Shown here: one piece after another, positions 1-9,918 of the stretch
How positions within the stretch are numbered: the stretch's first letter is position 1
Layout of the letters: each line of letters starts with the position of its first letter
NCBI GenBank assembly: GCA_963740085.1
Contig: CAVUCU010000004.1
Coordinates: forward strand, 64,001 to 128,000
DNA: 64,000 nt
Source: Nitrospirota bacterium
GTDB lineage: Bacteria; Nitrospirota; UBA9217
Direction: 5' to 3'
Translations under genes and position numbers: made by a program
Notes under the pieces: model-generated
Seen by the model: only the letters and a program-made list of their open reading frames with translations
Told to the model about the DNA's origin: nothing
Databases searched by the model: none

Positions 1-2
1 AC

Positions 3-119
3 TGGGTCGGAGCTCCGAAGAAGATCTCAGACCTGGCAACCAGCCCCGAGAACGCGCAGATGCTGGCGCCGGTCGAAAAGGCGACGGATATCTACTTGAC
101 GTTCGAGGTCCGATTCTAA
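3..119 (+). CDS. 3' end of a probable outer-membrane beta-barrel protein (DUF3373-like), partial
   Basis: Manual translation from nt 3 gives WVGAPKKISDLATSPENAQMLAPVEKATDIYLTFEVRF*, ending in an alternating hydrophobic strand and terminal Phe (beta-signal). The family assignment is from memory. Confidence 0.55.
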   Translation, partial: WVGAPKKISDLATSPENAQMLAPVEKATDIYLTFEVRF

Positions 120-252
120 ACTCTACCGGCGAGCTTGCAGAAATGGCACGTCGGAGACTGAAAGAAAAAGGCTATAGGGTAAATGTTCTGAACGCAAAGA
201 TCAGAGGAGATAAGAACGAATAGGTTATAGACTCTCTATCGCAGATCCCCTC

Positions 253-290
253 AGCCCCGGATGGCAGTACGCCGCCGGGGCTTCTTTTCT
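253..290 (+). terminator. Rho-independent terminator
   Basis: AGCCCCGG...CCGGGGCT GC-rich stem followed by TCTTTTCT. Confidence 0.7.
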
Positions 291-548
291 TCATAAAGCA
301 GCGACCTGTGGTGGCAATCAGCTCCATACGGATCATTCAAATGCCGCAGCAGGCGCACGATTGCATGAAAGTTATAACGGCATTCTGCATCTCTTGCTTA
401 TTGATTGCCGTTGCAAGAGGTAGTAATATAGAAAGCAGCTGAATGATAAGCGCAAGATTTCAAGATGCAATCTGCACTCATAGATTTTCAGTCTGGAAGA
501 GATCAAGGTTTTTCTATTAATTGCTGACAGGAGCATCAAAGTCATCAT

Positions 549-1157
549 ATGCAGAGGGTGATTAAGGCAGTCCTTTTTGATTTCGGCGGCGTGATCGCAG
601 ATGAGGGTTTTTGGAAAGGACTTCAGGTCATCGGGAGAGAGAACGGGCTCGATCCTGATGAATTTTTCCGGACGGTTGATGCGCTCATTTACGAGACGGG
701 GTATCTTGTCGGCAAGGCGGATGAAGCACTGTTCTGGAACACGGTCAGGAGCAAGACCGGTATCCGTGGCACTGACGCTGAGCTTACAAACGAGATACTG
801 AAGCGATTCACGCTCAGACCGGACATGATCGTCTCTGTGGACCTTCTCAGGTCAAAGGGGTTCATCGTTGCCATGTTGAGCGATCAGACGAACTGGCTCG
901 ACGAAATAGACAGGCAAACAGCTCTGTTCCGGCACTTCGACACGATATTCAACTCCTTCCGGCTCCACAAAAGCAAACGCGACGCGTCCGTGTTCGGGGA
1001 TGTATGCGCAACTCTCGGTGTCAAGACGGGAGAAACGCTTTTTGTCGATGACAATATCAATCACATCAAACGGGCACAGGGGCAGGGGCTCCAGACGATC
1101 CATTTTGTGGACATAGATGATTATAACAAGCAGATGGGTAAATTGATGCAGCGATGA
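549..1157 (+). CDS. HAD-superfamily phosphatase
   Basis: Motif I FDFGGV, motif II LSD, motif III K (KSKRD), motif IV FVDD. Confidence 0.9.
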   Translation: MQRVIKAVLFDFGGVIADEGFWKGLQVIGRENGLDPDEFFRTVDALIYETGYLVGKADEALFWNTVRSKTGIRGTDAELTNEILKRFTLRPDMIVSVDLLRSKGFIVAMLSDQTNWLDEIDRQTALFRHFDTIFNSFRLHKSKRDASVFGDVCATLGVKTGETLFVDDNINHIKRAQGQGLQTIHFVDIDDYNKQMGKLMQR

Positions 1158-1212
1158 GGGGATCACTTGCGGATCAAATTCTTCTCAAAATTTAAAGAAA
1201 TCTGCATACTTT

Positions 1213-1295
1213 TCACCACGGACTATCGGGATTGAAAAACACTGAGAACTAAATCTTCAATTTATTCCCGTGTTCATGAGTGTGCATTCGTGTAG
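1213..1295. repeat. Gene-less intergenic inverted repeat, CACGGA/CCGTG type
   Basis: CACCACGGACTATCGGGATT ... ATTCCCGTGTTCATGAGTGTGCATTCGTG between convergent genes. Confidence 0.4.
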
Positions 1296-1317
1296 ACTTG
1301 AACGACCTGATCAGGAT

Positions 1318-1866
1318 TTACCATCCAAGGGCTTTTCTTGCCAACTCCACTAATCCGAAAACCTTCAGATCCACAAGCGTGCCGCTCATCTGTGCGGCGC
1401 GGAGATAGTCCTGTACCTTATGGATCGGGACCTCGGTCACTTCAATGATCTCGTTGTCGTCTCCGCCGTTCTTGCCCACATGGACAAGCTCCGTGCACAG
1501 ATAGGCCCGGAGCGCTTCGGTAGAGGCGCCTGTCGAGATCGGTCCTTCTGCGAGAAATTCTATTTTCCCCGCTGACCAGCCCGTTTCTTCGATCAATTCA
1601 CGATTCGCTGCTGCTTCCATGGCTTCGCCGGGCTCAACAAGTCCCGCGGGGAGTTCGATGACGTCCCGGCCCATCGGCGGACGGAACTGCTTTTCAAGAA
1701 TTACGTTACGGGAAGGAGTGACAGCGACCATGAGCACGATACCGCTGACGCCAACGCGCTCGAGGGCCTCCCAGGTGCGCACCGCCCCCCTGACATCGCG
1801 GTAGGTGATCTCCACCGCGCTCATAAAGTTGCCTTTCCAGACGGTTTTTTTGCTGATGATTTCCAT
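1318..1866 (-). CDS. NUDIX hydrolase (ADP-ribose pyrophosphatase-like)
   Basis: Nudix box PAGLVEPGEAMEAAANRELIEETG and upstream QFRPP. Confidence 0.9.
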   Translation of the reverse strand: MEIISKKTVWKGNFMSAVEITYRDVRGAVRTWEALERVGVSGIVLMVAVTPSRNVILEKQFRPPMGRDVIELPAGLVEPGEAMEAAANRELIEETGWSAGKIEFLAEGPISTGASTEALRAYLCTELVHVGKNGGDDNEIIEVTEVPIHKVQDYLRAAQMSGTLVDLKVFGLVELARKALGW

Positions 1867-1872
1867 AGGTGA

Positions 1873-1963
1873 GGACAGTAGTCAGGCGTCAGTAGTCAGT
1901 AGCCGGCATAAAGGATTCTGAATCAACATGCTGGATTCCGGCTCCTGGCTGCTGTCTCCTGGA
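1873..1963. repeat. Heptamer-unit inverted repeat (gene-less)
   Basis: Left arm CAGTAGT CAGGCGT CAGTAGT CAGTAGC; right arm CTGGATT CCGGCTC CTGGCTG CTGTCTC CTGGAGC. Confidence 0.75.
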
Positions 1964-1966
1964 GCT

Positions 1967-2578
1967 TCATAGCCACTTCTTCAAATCCAGCGTCAGGGCC
2001 GCAGGTATGATGGTGTCTACTTCGCGGTACCGTTTTCGGCCTGCTTTTACAAACATGGCCTTCTGCAATTTCTTTTCTTCCTCATAGTGATCAAAGATAG
2101 GGAAATCGGCTTCAGGAATGTCTTTTGTAAAAAGCCCGCAGCCTTCGAGGTGTACCGCGCGGCGCGGGCCGCGGATTGTGGGGCCAAAGATTCGGCAGAT
2201 GTGCGGTCGCTGGTTATAAATCATGCATGCGCCGTTCTCGAGCGCCGGGCAGGACATCTTTGCCGATCTGCGGGAGATCGAGTCGATGGCGGGCAGCGTT
2301 TTGAGCAAGGGATCTTTGCGGGAAAAGGCTTTTTTCTTTTCCAGGATATCGATCTGTTCATTTGCTCTTGCGATGACCCTTTCCCTGACGGGAGCGGAGA
2401 GTTGTTTCAAGGCATTGCGCAGATAGATCGCGTCGAGCAGTGTGATGTCGAAGAATCCGACAGAACAGCACTCATGGCACCCTTGTTTGCAGCCGACACC
2501 GTGTTTTGATGCAGCCTTGGTGAAGACGGTATTTGATCGTTCGAGGAACTGGCCGTACTTTTTGATTATTCGGTTCAT
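1967..2578 (-). CDS. YkgJ-family cysteine cluster (CxxCxxCC zinc/iron-chelating) protein
   Basis: CKQGCHECC, then CPALENGACMIYNQRPHICR. Confidence 0.85.
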   Translation of the reverse strand: MNRIIKKYGQFLERSNTVFTKAASKHGVGCKQGCHECCSVGFFDITLLDAIYLRNALKQLSAPVRERVIARANEQIDILEKKKAFSRKDPLLKTLPAIDSISRRSAKMSCPALENGACMIYNQRPHICRIFGPTIRGPRRAVHLEGCGLFTKDIPEADFPIFDHYEEEKKLQKAMFVKAGRKRYREVDTIIPAALTLDLKKWL

Positions 2579-2763
2579 TACACAATGCCTTTCTGTAAAG
2601 AGTGTTGTGGATTATACGGGCTTGACAGGCCATTTGTCAATATGAAGCGTAATGTCGGGGAGAGGCAGAGGTGTGCGGGACTTACAAACGAACTTATCTG
2701 CCAGATTACTGAGTGATCAAATCTTCCCAAAGGGCAGGAGACGCCGTTGATTCGGTCTTTTCT

Positions 2764-2785
2764 GTTCCGGCTTGCCCGGGTTAGG
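2764..2785 (+). repeat. 22-bp dispersed repeat, copy 1
   Basis: GTTCCGGCTTGCCCGGGTTAGG matches 63730-63751 at 21/22 positions. Confidence 0.6.
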
Positions 2786-2819
2786 TAAAGACCGGAAAGG
2801 TTCTGAGGGTGTCTCGAGG

Positions 2820-3638
2820 CTACTTTTGCATTCTCTGTCTCATTGCTTCATACAGGACCACTGCGGAGGCGGTTGCCACATTCAACGAGTCGATTGTTTC
2901 CGCCATGGGAATGCGAACGCGAAAATCGACTTCGGCCATGATATCCGGTGGCAGTCCAGCGCCTTCCTGGCCTAAAATAATCGCAGTCGGTTTTTTAAGG
3001 TCGAGATCAAAGTGGGACTTTTCACCGGTCACGACGGTGGCGACGGTTTGAAAAGCCCTCTGCTTGCAGAGCTTCAAGAATGCGCTCGTGTTCGCGACGC
3101 GCACCACGGGAAGCCGGAGGAGACTGCCCATTGATGCCCTTATTGCCTTGGCGCTGTAGGGATCAACGGTATTGGGCGCCAGCACGATGCCGGCCGCGCC
3201 CACAGCCTCGACCGTTCTGATGATAGTGCCAAGGTTGCCCGGGTCCTGTAGCTGATGGCAGATGATAATGAGCTTTGAGGCATGATCGAAAAGCTCATCA
3301 TCGCGATGCTCCTTCATCTTAACAACCGCCATCACCGGTTGAGGGGTTTTACTCTCCGATATTCCGTCGATCAGATTGTCCGAGATCCAGAGAATATCGA
3401 TCGATCTGGTTTCCGCCAGCTTGATCACACCCTTGCCATGATGTTGAACAAGAGCTGGCGAGGCCACGACCGTGGTAACGCCGACCTTGTCCCGAAGCGC
3501 CTCTTCGACCATTTTAACGCCTTCGATCAAAAAGACCTGTTCCTTTTTCCGGAGTTTCGGGTCGGACAGGGAGCGCAAGTGTTTTATAATGCTGTTGTCT
3601 TTGCTCGTGATCGGCTTATGAGGGCTGGATTGCTGCAT
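2820..3638 (-). CDS. TrmH/SpoU-family RNA 2'-O-methyltransferase
   Basis: SPOUT motifs QDPGNLGTIIRT, GQEGAGL and IPMAETIDSLNVATAS. Start chosen at MQQSS, 7 nt after a TG-TATACT box. Confidence 0.9.
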   Translation of the reverse strand: MQQSSPHKPITSKDNSIIKHLRSLSDPKLRKKEQVFLIEGVKMVEEALRDKVGVTTVVASPALVQHHGKGVIKLAETRSIDILWISDNLIDGISESKTPQPVMAVVKMKEHRDDELFDHASKLIIICHQLQDPGNLGTIIRTVEAVGAAGIVLAPNTVDPYSAKAIRASMGSLLRLPVVRVANTSAFLKLCKQRAFQTVATVVTGEKSHFDLDLKKPTAIILGQEGAGLPPDIMAEVDFRVRIPMAETIDSLNVATASAVVLYEAMRQRMQK

Positions 3639-3825
3639 GAAAGGGAGTATAACATAGGTCGGCCTATGGCCACAACCAAAGATAAAATCTTTGACACGGG
3701 AAAAATCTGATAAAGACAATGATAACAGCGGATCAAGCAAGGCATTATCATGGTTCTTCATAATGCAATCCGCTTTTATCCATGTCAAAGGTTCTCTTTT
3801 TCCTGCTTCCGCAAGGGAACTGTCG

Positions 3826-4098
3826 TCATATTTTCATCGTTCGAAACGCTTCCTGATACTGCCGCTCCAGTTCCTGCCATCTCTTAAGTGAATCGTAACT
3901 GCTCTGCCAGGCATCATAGTCTTCTTTATATTCAGGGTGGTCCTTCAATTTATTGTCCAGGAGTTCCTGAATAAAAACCTCGGTGGTCTTGTTATGCTTC
4001 CGCTCCAGGATGCCGAGGGACTTTTGGATTCTCTGCATGGTATTTTTACATAGGTTCAGTTCCCGGGCAAGGGATATCTCATATTCATCGTATGGCAC
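3826..4098 (-). CDS. Small helical hypothetical protein
   Basis: GTG start at 4098 preceded by GGAGGAG; ~90 aa, charged and helical (LERKHNKTTEVF...DYDAW). Confidence 0.6.
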   Translation of the reverse strand: MPYDEYEISLARELNLCKNTMQRIQKSLGILERKHNKTTEVFIQELLDNKLKDHPEYKEDYDAWQSSYDSLKRWQELERQYQEAFRTMKI

Positions 4099-4355
4099 GA
4101 TTCTCCTCCAACTCTTGATTAAAATTGCTTTCCACAGGTTTTCACCGAGGGACGCACACGGAGATATACAACGCAAAGAAACTTCTCAGGGAGATAGATA
4201 CTTTTATCTTCCCCGCGGTGTTCTACAGCCTTTCTGCCGCGATTGCCCGGTTGTTTCGGTATTCGTCATTTTATCATCCGTGGCAAATACCCACAGCGGT
4301 CACTCGCGAACTGATTAAAATTAGTTCAATTGTCTGCAAAAAACAAGAAAATAAT

Positions 4356-4388
4356 ATACTTGACAAAATTAGTCAAGTTTGTTATGTT
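4356..4388 (+). promoter_or_regulatory. sigma70 promoter overlapped by an IscR type-1 operator
   Basis: TTGACA (4360-4365), 17-nt spacer, TATGTT (4383-4388). Palindrome ATACTTGACAAAATTAGTCAAGTTT resembles the IscR type-1 consensus ATASYYGACTRwwwYAGTCRRSTAT. Confidence 0.8.
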
Positions 4389-4462
4389 TTTAGTGAATGA
4401 TAGTGAAGACGGAATCAGTCCTCTTTGATGAGGGGATGAGCCTTCACCGGTAAATATAAAGT

Positions 4463-4936
4463 ATGAAACTGTCAACAAAAGGTAAATATGGCGTCCGGGC
4501 CGTGTTTGAGATCGCAAGGCACTACGGCAAAGGACCTATTTCGATCAAGGAGATCGCAGAGCGGCAGGGAATTTCGTTCTCCTACCTCGAACAGATCCTG
4601 CATAAGCTCGGCAAGGCCGGATTGATCGAGAGCGTTCGCGGTCCCGCAGGGGGGTATTTACTTGCGCGCAAACCATTGGAACTGACGATAGGCGACATTG
4701 TGCGCGTGTTGGAGGGGCCGATAGCCCTTTCTCATTGTCTGGAGCCGGGAGAAGAGGCTGATTGCTGCCAGACCGATGACTGCGTGGCCAGAATGGTCTG
4801 GGCCAAGGTTGGCGCAAAAATTGAGGAAGCGCTCGACAGCATCAGCTTTCATGATCTCTTGCAGCAGCATCAAAAAGAACCGCTTCTCCTCAAGCCGAGG
4901 AGAAAAACGGTTTTGGCGGGAAAGGGGGCATGTTGA
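4463..4936 (+). CDS. iscR: Rrf2-family Fe-S cluster regulator IscR
   Basis: MKLSTKGKYGVRA, SYLEQI, SVRGPAGGYLLA, Cys cluster CLEPGEEADCCQTDDC; first gene of the isc cluster. Confidence 0.9.
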   Translation: MKLSTKGKYGVRAVFEIARHYGKGPISIKEIAERQGISFSYLEQILHKLGKAGLIESVRGPAGGYLLARKPLELTIGDIVRVLEGPIALSHCLEPGEEADCCQTDDCVARMVWAKVGAKIEEALDSISFHDLLQQHQKEPLLLKPRRKTVLAGKGAC

Positions 4937-4937
4937 T

Positions 4938-6122
4938 ATGAGAAAGGTTTATCTTGACCACGCGGCCACAACGCCGGTCCACCCGAAAGTTCTGGAGGCC
5001 ATGCTCCCCTATTTTTCGGCAAAGTTCGGCAATCCTTCCAACCTGCACGACGTCGGCAGAGAGGCGAAGAATGCGGTAGAAGAGGCGAGGGCCAAAACGG
5101 GGACGCTTATCGGGGCCAGGGCCGATGAAATATTCTTTACCGCGAGCGGCGCCGAGTCGAACAATTTTGCGATCAAAGGCCTGGCACAGGCGAACAGCCA
5201 GAAAGGCAAACATATTATCGTATCGCAAATAGAGCATTTTTCCGTTCTTCATCCGGCGAAAACGCTCGAGAAATCAGGCTTCACGGTCACCTATCTGCCG
5301 ACGGACAAACAGGGGCTCGTGAGCCCCGATGATGTAGCCAATGCGATCACCAAGGAGACGATTCTTGTCTCGATCATGCACGCGAACAACGAGATCGGCA
5401 CCATAGAACCGATCGAAGAGATAGGCAGGATCACCAAGGAACGGGGCGTACTGCTCCACACCGACGCGGTTGCGACAACCGGATGGATCCCGGTGGATGT
5501 AAGGACCCTGGGCGTTGATGCCCTTTCGTTCTCTGGCCACCAGTTCTACGGACCCAAGGGAGCGGCCGGGCTCTTTGTGCGCAAGGGCGTCAGGATAAAA
5601 CCGCTGATTGAAGGCGGTATTCAGGAGGACGGGAGGCGTGCGGGCACCGAGAATGTGCCCGCCATCGTGGGTCTGGGCAAGGCATCGGAGATCGCCGCGG
5701 CAGAGATCACCAGCCGGATGAGATATCTTGCCCCGCTCAGGGACCGTCTCCAGAAGGGACTCAGTGAAAAGATCGACCACCTGGTGATCAACGGCCATCC
5801 AACGAAAAGACTGCCGACTAACCTGAACATCTCACTGTGGTATGTGGAAGGCGAGTCTATGCTCCTGTTCCTGAATATGCAGGGGATCTCGGTATCGAGC
5901 GGATCGGCATGCACCTCACGTTCGCTCAAGTCGTCGCATGTGCTCACTTGTATCGGCACGGACGCTGCCGTCGCGAACGGGACACTGCTGATGTCGCTGG
6001 GGATGGGGAACACGGCGGAAGACATCGACTACGTGATAGAAACACTTCCCCCCATTGTTCACCGTCTGCGGGAGATGTCACCGCTCTATGAGGACATGAT
6101 AAAAAAAGAGAAAGGAAAATGA
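4938..6122 (+). CDS. iscS: Cysteine desulfurase IscS/NifS
   Basis: YLDHAATT, ANNEIGT, HTDA, RAGTEN, catalytic SSGSACTS. The PLP-lysine position reads SGHQFYGPKG. Confidence 0.92.
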   Translation: MRKVYLDHAATTPVHPKVLEAMLPYFSAKFGNPSNLHDVGREAKNAVEEARAKTGTLIGARADEIFFTASGAESNNFAIKGLAQANSQKGKHIIVSQIEHFSVLHPAKTLEKSGFTVTYLPTDKQGLVSPDDVANAITKETILVSIMHANNEIGTIEPIEEIGRITKERGVLLHTDAVATTGWIPVDVRTLGVDALSFSGHQFYGPKGAAGLFVRKGVRIKPLIEGGIQEDGRRAGTENVPAIVGLGKASEIAAAEITSRMRYLAPLRDRLQKGLSEKIDHLVINGHPTKRLPTNLNISLWYVEGESMLLFLNMQGISVSSGSACTSRSLKSSHVLTCIGTDAAVANGTLLMSLGMGNTAEDIDYVIETLPPIVHRLREMSPLYEDMIKKEKGK

Positions 6123-6132
6123 GGAGGATATT

Positions 6133-6561
6133 ATGGAACAGTACAGCTCAAAAGTGATGGAACATTTCGCCCAGCCGCATAACGTGGGCGAGATCGAGAA
6201 CGCCGACGGTGTCGGCACGGTGGGAAATCCGGTGTGCGGCGACGTGATGCGTCTTTACATCAAGGTGGAGAACAACATCATCACGGACGCAAAGTTCAAG
6301 ACCTTCGGGTGCGGCGCGGCGATCGCCACAAGCAGCATGGTGACGGACCTGGTGAAGGGAAAGAGCATCGACGAGGCGCTCAAAATATCCAATGCTGCCG
6401 TGGCTGAAGCACTCGGCGGTCTGCCGAAGGTGAAAATGCACTGCTCGGTGCTGGCCGAGGAGGCGCTGAAGTCCGCCCTCGACGATTACTATAAGAAGCA
6501 GGGCAAGCCGTCACCCGTTAAGATATCCCCTGACGCGGGACATGAAAACGAGATGGAGTGA
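6133..6561 (+). CDS. iscU: Fe-S scaffold IscU/NifU N-terminal type
   Basis: GNPVCGD, FKTFGCGAAIA, LPKVKMHCS. Confidence 0.95.
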   Translation: MEQYSSKVMEHFAQPHNVGEIENADGVGTVGNPVCGDVMRLYIKVENNIITDAKFKTFGCGAAIATSSMVTDLVKGKSIDEALKISNAAVAEALGGLPKVKMHCSVLAEEALKSALDDYYKKQGKPSPVKISPDAGHENEME

Positions 6562-6567
6562 TGCAAT

Positions 6568-6625
6568 TGCGGATTGCGTGAAAAGAACCAGCATTAATCT
6601 GCGTTCATTCGTGTGAATCCGCTTC
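6568..6625. repeat. Short gene-less inverted repeat (GCGGATT/AATCCGC type)
   Basis: GCGGATTGCG ... AATCTGCGTTCATTCGTGTGAATCCGC. Confidence 0.45.
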
Positions 6626-6640
6626 CGAGAGAGTGACTCT

Positions 6641-6883
6641 ATGGACGTAAAGGACATTAAACCTGATGAAATTCTGGACTGCGTGAACTTGGCCTGTCCC
6701 ATGCCGATCTTCAAGGCATCAGGTAAGATCAAGGAAATGAAGCAGGGCCAGGTTCTTGAAGTTCAGTCCGACGACGAGGGCATTGAAAAGGACATGCCTG
6801 CGTGGTGCGAGATGACCGGCAACGAATACATCGGCCTGATCAAGGAAAACGGCGAATATCGCGTATATGTTCGGAAGAAGTAG
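6641..6883 (+). CDS. tusA: TusA-family sulfur carrier
   Basis: LDCVNLACPMP, GQVLEVQSDD, DMPAWC. Confidence 0.88.
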   Translation: MDVKDIKPDEILDCVNLACPMPIFKASGKIKEMKQGQVLEVQSDDEGIEKDMPAWCEMTGNEYIGLIKENGEYRVYVRKK

Positions 6884-7269
6884 CCTCCTTATCCTATGAC
6901 GGCCATACCGGCGCGGGCGATCCCGCTTTGCCCCTGGCGGTGTTTCGGAACACATTATCACTCTATTTGCATCACGAGTATTCTTTGCGGGTCAATGAGC
7001 TCGTCCAACTGGAGAACATTGAGGAGGGGATGACGATCAGTTGCAACTCGGGTGAAGCAATTGACCCGCGGCACGTGAAGCGTAAACGCCAGAAACGCCT
7101 TTTCAACCAATTCGCGCAAGAGCTCATCGAGACCGCTTTCCCGCCTAAAAACGAATCTGCGCCAGGAACAAGCATGAAATTCCGTTGCCTGCGCACCCTG
7201 CTTCCTGCTTTCCGTTTGACAATACCTGGACGATAGTTTATTATCAAAACGCATACGAAAGGGGCTTTG

Positions 7270-8334
7270 ATGCAGACAATAGCATCGCTAAAAGAAGGCG
7301 ACTGGGTCGAGGATATCTACCTCGTCACCTCGAAACAGATCTCGACGGCGAAGAACGGCGTGACGTATCTGTCGCTGAAACTGGCCGACAAGACCGGAGA
7401 GATCGATGGCAGGCTGTGGGATAATGCCGATGAAGTCTCCGGGAAGTTCGAGCGTGAGGATTTTGTCCGAATCAGGGGGATGGCCTCGGTGTATCAGGGC
7501 TCGATGCAGATCAAGATGAAGACGCTTGAAAAGGTGGATGACTCCAGGGTGGATGTTGCGAGCTTTCTCGAGACATCTCCACGAAACATAGATGACATGG
7601 TGAAGGAGCTGCGGACCGTTGCGGCTGCACTTCCCAATGGCTATCTCCGGCAGCTCATGAATGCCTTTCTTGACGATGCCTCCTTTATGACCTTGTTCAA
7701 AAGAACGCCTGCCGCAAAAACGCTGCATCATAATTATATCGGCGGGTTGCTTGAGCACATCGTCGAACTTGTTGCGCTTGCCCGCGATGTGGCAAAGCAC
7801 TTTCCCTCAGTGGACCTTGACCTGCTGACCGTGGGTGCCTTCCTTCACGACATCGGCAAGGTGAAAGAACTTGCGGTCAGAAAATCCATCGAGTATACGA
7901 CCGAAGGGCGGCTCATCGGGCACATCTCTTTGGGGTATGAGATGCTCGTTGAGAAGGTAAACGCAATCCCGTCCTTCCCCGCCGAACTGACCCTGCTGTT
8001 GAAGCACATCATGCTCTCTCATCACGGCGAATACGAGTTTGGCTCTCCGAAGAGGCCTAAGATCCAGGAGGCGATCATCATCAACTACCTGGATGACCTT
8101 GCGGCCAAGATCAACAACTTCCAGTCGACGATCAAAAAAGAGAAAGTGGCCGAAGGCGCATGGACAAGCTACAGTAAAATGCATGACCGGTATCTCTACC
8201 ATGCCAGGAGTGTGCTCTCTTCCGCTTCGGGAGAAGGGCCTGAAGACACTGAAGAAAATAAAAAGCACGGGGGCAGGAAGGCGGCCCCGGGCGGGGAAGT
8301 GGATGTGTGCGGCAAACTGCCGCTCGATATTTAG
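7270..8334 (+). CDS. yhaM: 3'-5' exoribonuclease YhaM family (OB-fold plus HD domain)
   Basis: N-terminal OB fold (LADKTGEIDGRLW), HHNYIGGLLEH, LHDIGK, GHI, SHHG. Confidence 0.9.
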   Translation: MQTIASLKEGDWVEDIYLVTSKQISTAKNGVTYLSLKLADKTGEIDGRLWDNADEVSGKFEREDFVRIRGMASVYQGSMQIKMKTLEKVDDSRVDVASFLETSPRNIDDMVKELRTVAAALPNGYLRQLMNAFLDDASFMTLFKRTPAAKTLHHNYIGGLLEHIVELVALARDVAKHFPSVDLDLLTVGAFLHDIGKVKELAVRKSIEYTTEGRLIGHISLGYEMLVEKVNAIPSFPAELTLLLKHIMLSHHGEYEFGSPKRPKIQEAIIINYLDDLAAKINNFQSTIKKEKVAEGAWTSYSKMHDRYLYHARSVLSSASGEGPEDTEENKKHGGRKAAPGGEVDVCGKLPLDI

Positions 8335-8338
8335 AAAC

Positions 8339-8460
8339 AAGCACGAAATACGAATATCTAAATCCGAAACAATGTCAAAATTCAGATGAACCAATACACT
8401 TGTTTAATTCATTTGAGCTTATAATTTATTTAGGAGTTAGTGCTTCACTATTAGGATTTG
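8339..8460. repeat. Heptamer-unit inverted repeat (gene-less)
   Basis: GCACGAA ATACGAA TATCTAA ATCCGAA ... TTAGGAG TTAGTGC TTCACTA TTAGGAT. Confidence 0.7.
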
Positions 8461-8475
8461 CTTTGAGGGGTTCTT

Positions 8476-9381
8476 ATGTTCGGTGTTCTCCGCAGTTTGC
8501 GTGACGGGCTTGCTAAGACCAGAAAAAACTTTACGGACAAGGTCGGTTCACTGATCCTGGGCGAGAAGATCGGCGAATCGTTCCTCGACGAACTCGAGGA
8601 GGCGCTTATCGCTTCGGATGTCGGCGTCGAGACTGCGTCATTCGTCCTCAAGGACCTGAGGGAACGGTTCAAGCGCAATGAACTGTCTTCTCCCGAACAG
8701 GTAAAGGACCGGCTCAGGCAGATACTGTTTGAGATCCTCTCTGCACGGTCTCCGATATTTTCCCTTACCGCATCTCCGTCGGCGGTGCTCGTCGTTGGCG
8801 TGAACGGCACGGGCAAGACCACTACCATCGGCAAACTGGCGAACCGGCTTCAGGCAGAGGGAAAGAAAGTGATGCTTGCGGCGGCAGATACCTTCCGTGC
8901 GGCGGCATCGGAGCAGCTGTCGATATGGGGGGAGCGCGCGGGAATACCGGTAATCAAACACAAGGAAGGCGCCGACCCCAGCGCGGTGGTATTCGACGCC
9001 GTCTCGGCGGCAAAGGCCCGGGCAGTGGATGTGCTCATCGTGGATACGGCCGGAAGGCTGCACACGAAATCGAACCTCATGGAAGAACTCAAAAAAGTGC
9101 GCCGCATTCTGTCTCGCGAACTGCCGGGCGCGCCGCATGAAACCCTGCTCGTCCTCGACGGGAACACCGGTCAGAACGCACTGGTTCAGGCAAAGATGTT
9201 TCATGAGACGGTGGGCGTCACCGGCATCGTGCTCACGAAGCTGGACGGCACGTCCAAGGGCGGTATCGTCTTCGCCATTTATAAGGAGCTGTTGATCCCG
9301 GTAAAGTTTGTGGGCATTGGCGAGACCATTGAAGACCTGAAGAGCTTTGATCCAAGGGAGTTCGTGGATGCGCTCTTGTGA
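8476..9381 (+). CDS. ftsY: SRP receptor FtsY
   Basis: GVNGTGKTTT, DTFRAAA, DTAGRL, TKLDGTSKGG. Confidence 0.97.
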   Translation: MFGVLRSLRDGLAKTRKNFTDKVGSLILGEKIGESFLDELEEALIASDVGVETASFVLKDLRERFKRNELSSPEQVKDRLRQILFEILSARSPIFSLTASPSAVLVVGVNGTGKTTTIGKLANRLQAEGKKVMLAAADTFRAAASEQLSIWGERAGIPVIKHKEGADPSAVVFDAVSAAKARAVDVLIVDTAGRLHTKSNLMEELKKVRRILSRELPGAPHETLLVLDGNTGQNALVQAKMFHETVGVTGIVLTKLDGTSKGGIVFAIYKELLIPVKFVGIGETIEDLKSFDPREFVDALL

Positions 9382-9450
9382 ACAGCGCAGAGGGCAGAGA
9401 GCATAGAGCGTTGTGCAAAGAATTTAACCCTCTGCGTTTAGCCGTATGCG
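9381..9450. repeat. Heptamer-unit inverted repeat (gene-less)
   Basis: AGCGCAG AGGGCAG AGAGCAT AGAGCG ... CTCTGCG TTTAGCC GTATGCG. Confidence 0.6.
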
Positions 9451-9471
9451 CGGCTCAAATTTCGGAGAACT

Positions 9472-9744
9472 ATGGAACGCGTGCAGGTAGAGATATTCGG
9501 TCAGATGTACAGCATCAAGGGCAAGGACGATCCCGCCTATATCCAGGAACTGGCCGCGTTCATTGATGCTAAGATGAAGGAAATACAGAAAGGGACGGGT
9601 ACGGTCGATCCTCACCGGGTGGCCATCCTGATGGCGCTTACGATTACCGATGAGCTTTACCGTTTGCGCAAGCGATATGGAATCCTTGAACAAACATCTG
9701 AGAATGTCGCCAGTCGACTGCTTGATCTTACAGAAAACCCCTGA
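9472..9744 (+). CDS. zapA: Cell division protein ZapA
   Basis: VQVEIFGQMYSI, IDAKMKEI, AILMALTITDEL; precedes 6S RNA. Confidence 0.9.
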   Translation: MERVQVEIFGQMYSIKGKDDPAYIQELAAFIDAKMKEIQKGTGTVDPHRVAILMALTITDELYRLRKRYGILEQTSENVASRLLDLTENP

Positions 9745-9870
9745 GAAACAGCGGCCAAACCGTGCTTGTTCCGAATAGCCTGTGAGGGAACGCGGCAATA
9801 TCATCATGTATCCGGTTGAAATACAATAAATTTAATGCGCCCCGGTGACAGGGCGCACCCCATTTTCCTC

Positions 9871-9901
9871 TTGCCATTTTCAGCTGGTTCTGGTATATAA
9901 T
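9871..9901 (+). promoter_or_regulatory. sigma70 promoter of 6S RNA
   Basis: TTGCCA followed by TGGTATATAAT (extended -10). Confidence 0.55.
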
Positions 9902-9918
9902 AGTATAAATAAAAAATG

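Noticed and set aside
6884-7250. ORFs between tusA and yhaM; LRVNELVQL resembles a tyrosine-recombinase box I
   Set aside because: No credible start or SD and no other catalytic motifs; the similarity is too short to support a call.
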